64,000 nucleotides of DNA from Synechococcus sp. AG-679-A04. GTDB lineage: Bacteria; Cyanobacteriota; Cyanobacteriia; PCC-6307; Cyanobiaceae. Positions 63,659 through 64,000 of the stretch are shown here, in pieces. The notes under the pieces are model-generated. The model saw only the letters and a list, made by a program, of their open reading frames with translations. It made no database searches and had not been told where the DNA came from. The stretch covers positions 104,813 through 168,812 of the forward strand of contig QCUI01000001.1 of NCBI GenBank assembly GCA_003210775.1, in the 5' to 3' direction. The first letter of the stretch is position 1; the number at the start of each line of letters is the position of its first letter. Position numbers and translations under genes: made by a program.

Positions 63659-64000
63659 GACACCTCCAGAGCCAGAAAGCGCTCAAGATCAGCAATCGGC
63701 CGTGGCGGCCAGCGACGCACCTCGGCCAGCCAGGCGGCATCGCGATAACTGGGATCAAGGCCTGAAGCAGCGGCCCAATGGCTTTCCGCTTCACCACGCG
63801 ACCCTTCACTCCAGAGCAAAGCACTCAAAGCCGCTCGCGCATCTGCGAACAGTGGGTAGCGCCGGATCAGATTGCGCAAGTTTCGTTCTGCTTCTTTCAG
63901 ATCATTGAGTTGGTAGAGAGCCAGAGCATCACTGGATCGGGCCATCGCAAATCCTGGCCTGGCATCAGCCGCCAAACGATAGAGACGCTGGGCTTCCTGC
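63655..64000 (-). CDS. TPR-repeat protein, 3' part (runs off the window end)
   Basis: TPR-like helices (IRRYPLFADARAALSA, RRWPP); the frame stays open to the window edge. Confidence 0.8.
   Translation of the reverse strand, partial: QEAQRLYRLAADARPGFAMARSSDALALYQLNDLKEAERNLRNLIRRYPLFADARAALSALLWSEGSRGEAESHWAAASGLDPSYRDAAWLAEVRRWPPRPIADLERFLALEVS

Overview
A 64-kb stretch of a marine picocyanobacterial (Synechococcus-like) chromosome, identified from psaC, ndhS, ho1, cyanobacterial rnpB with a divergent tRNA-Arg(CCT), and thiC with a TPP riboswitch. Housekeeping genes (pcrA/uvrD, tRNA nucleotidyltransferase, icd, glgP, rnc, rimM, manC, glmS, acpP, fabF, tkt, thiC) are interleaved with much cell-surface glycosylation machinery. 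The most striking element is an operon between tkt and thiC (50253-59967). It encodes a complete mycobacterial-type polyprenyl-phospho-pentofuranose pathway: a UbiA-type phosphoribosyltransferase, a HAD phosphatase fused to a flippase-like domain, DprE1/DprE2 homologues, a GtrA flippase and an AT-rich GT-C-like membrane protein. It also encodes a second FAD-oxidoreductase/NAD-epimerase pair and a UDP-xylose synthase, suggesting extracytoplasmic decoration with more than one pentofuranose. Other notable items are a GtrA-YdjC deacetylase fusion with a GtrB-like GT2 and a GT87-like transferase, a broken-up Kdo cluster with a probable kdsD remnant, an ABC-flippase/GT4 cluster coupled to ho1, a D-/L-2-hydroxy-acid dehydrogenase pair, a candidate NrdR box before two hypothetical genes, and a secreted M10 metalloprotease. 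All calls come from reading motifs by eye; no searches were run.
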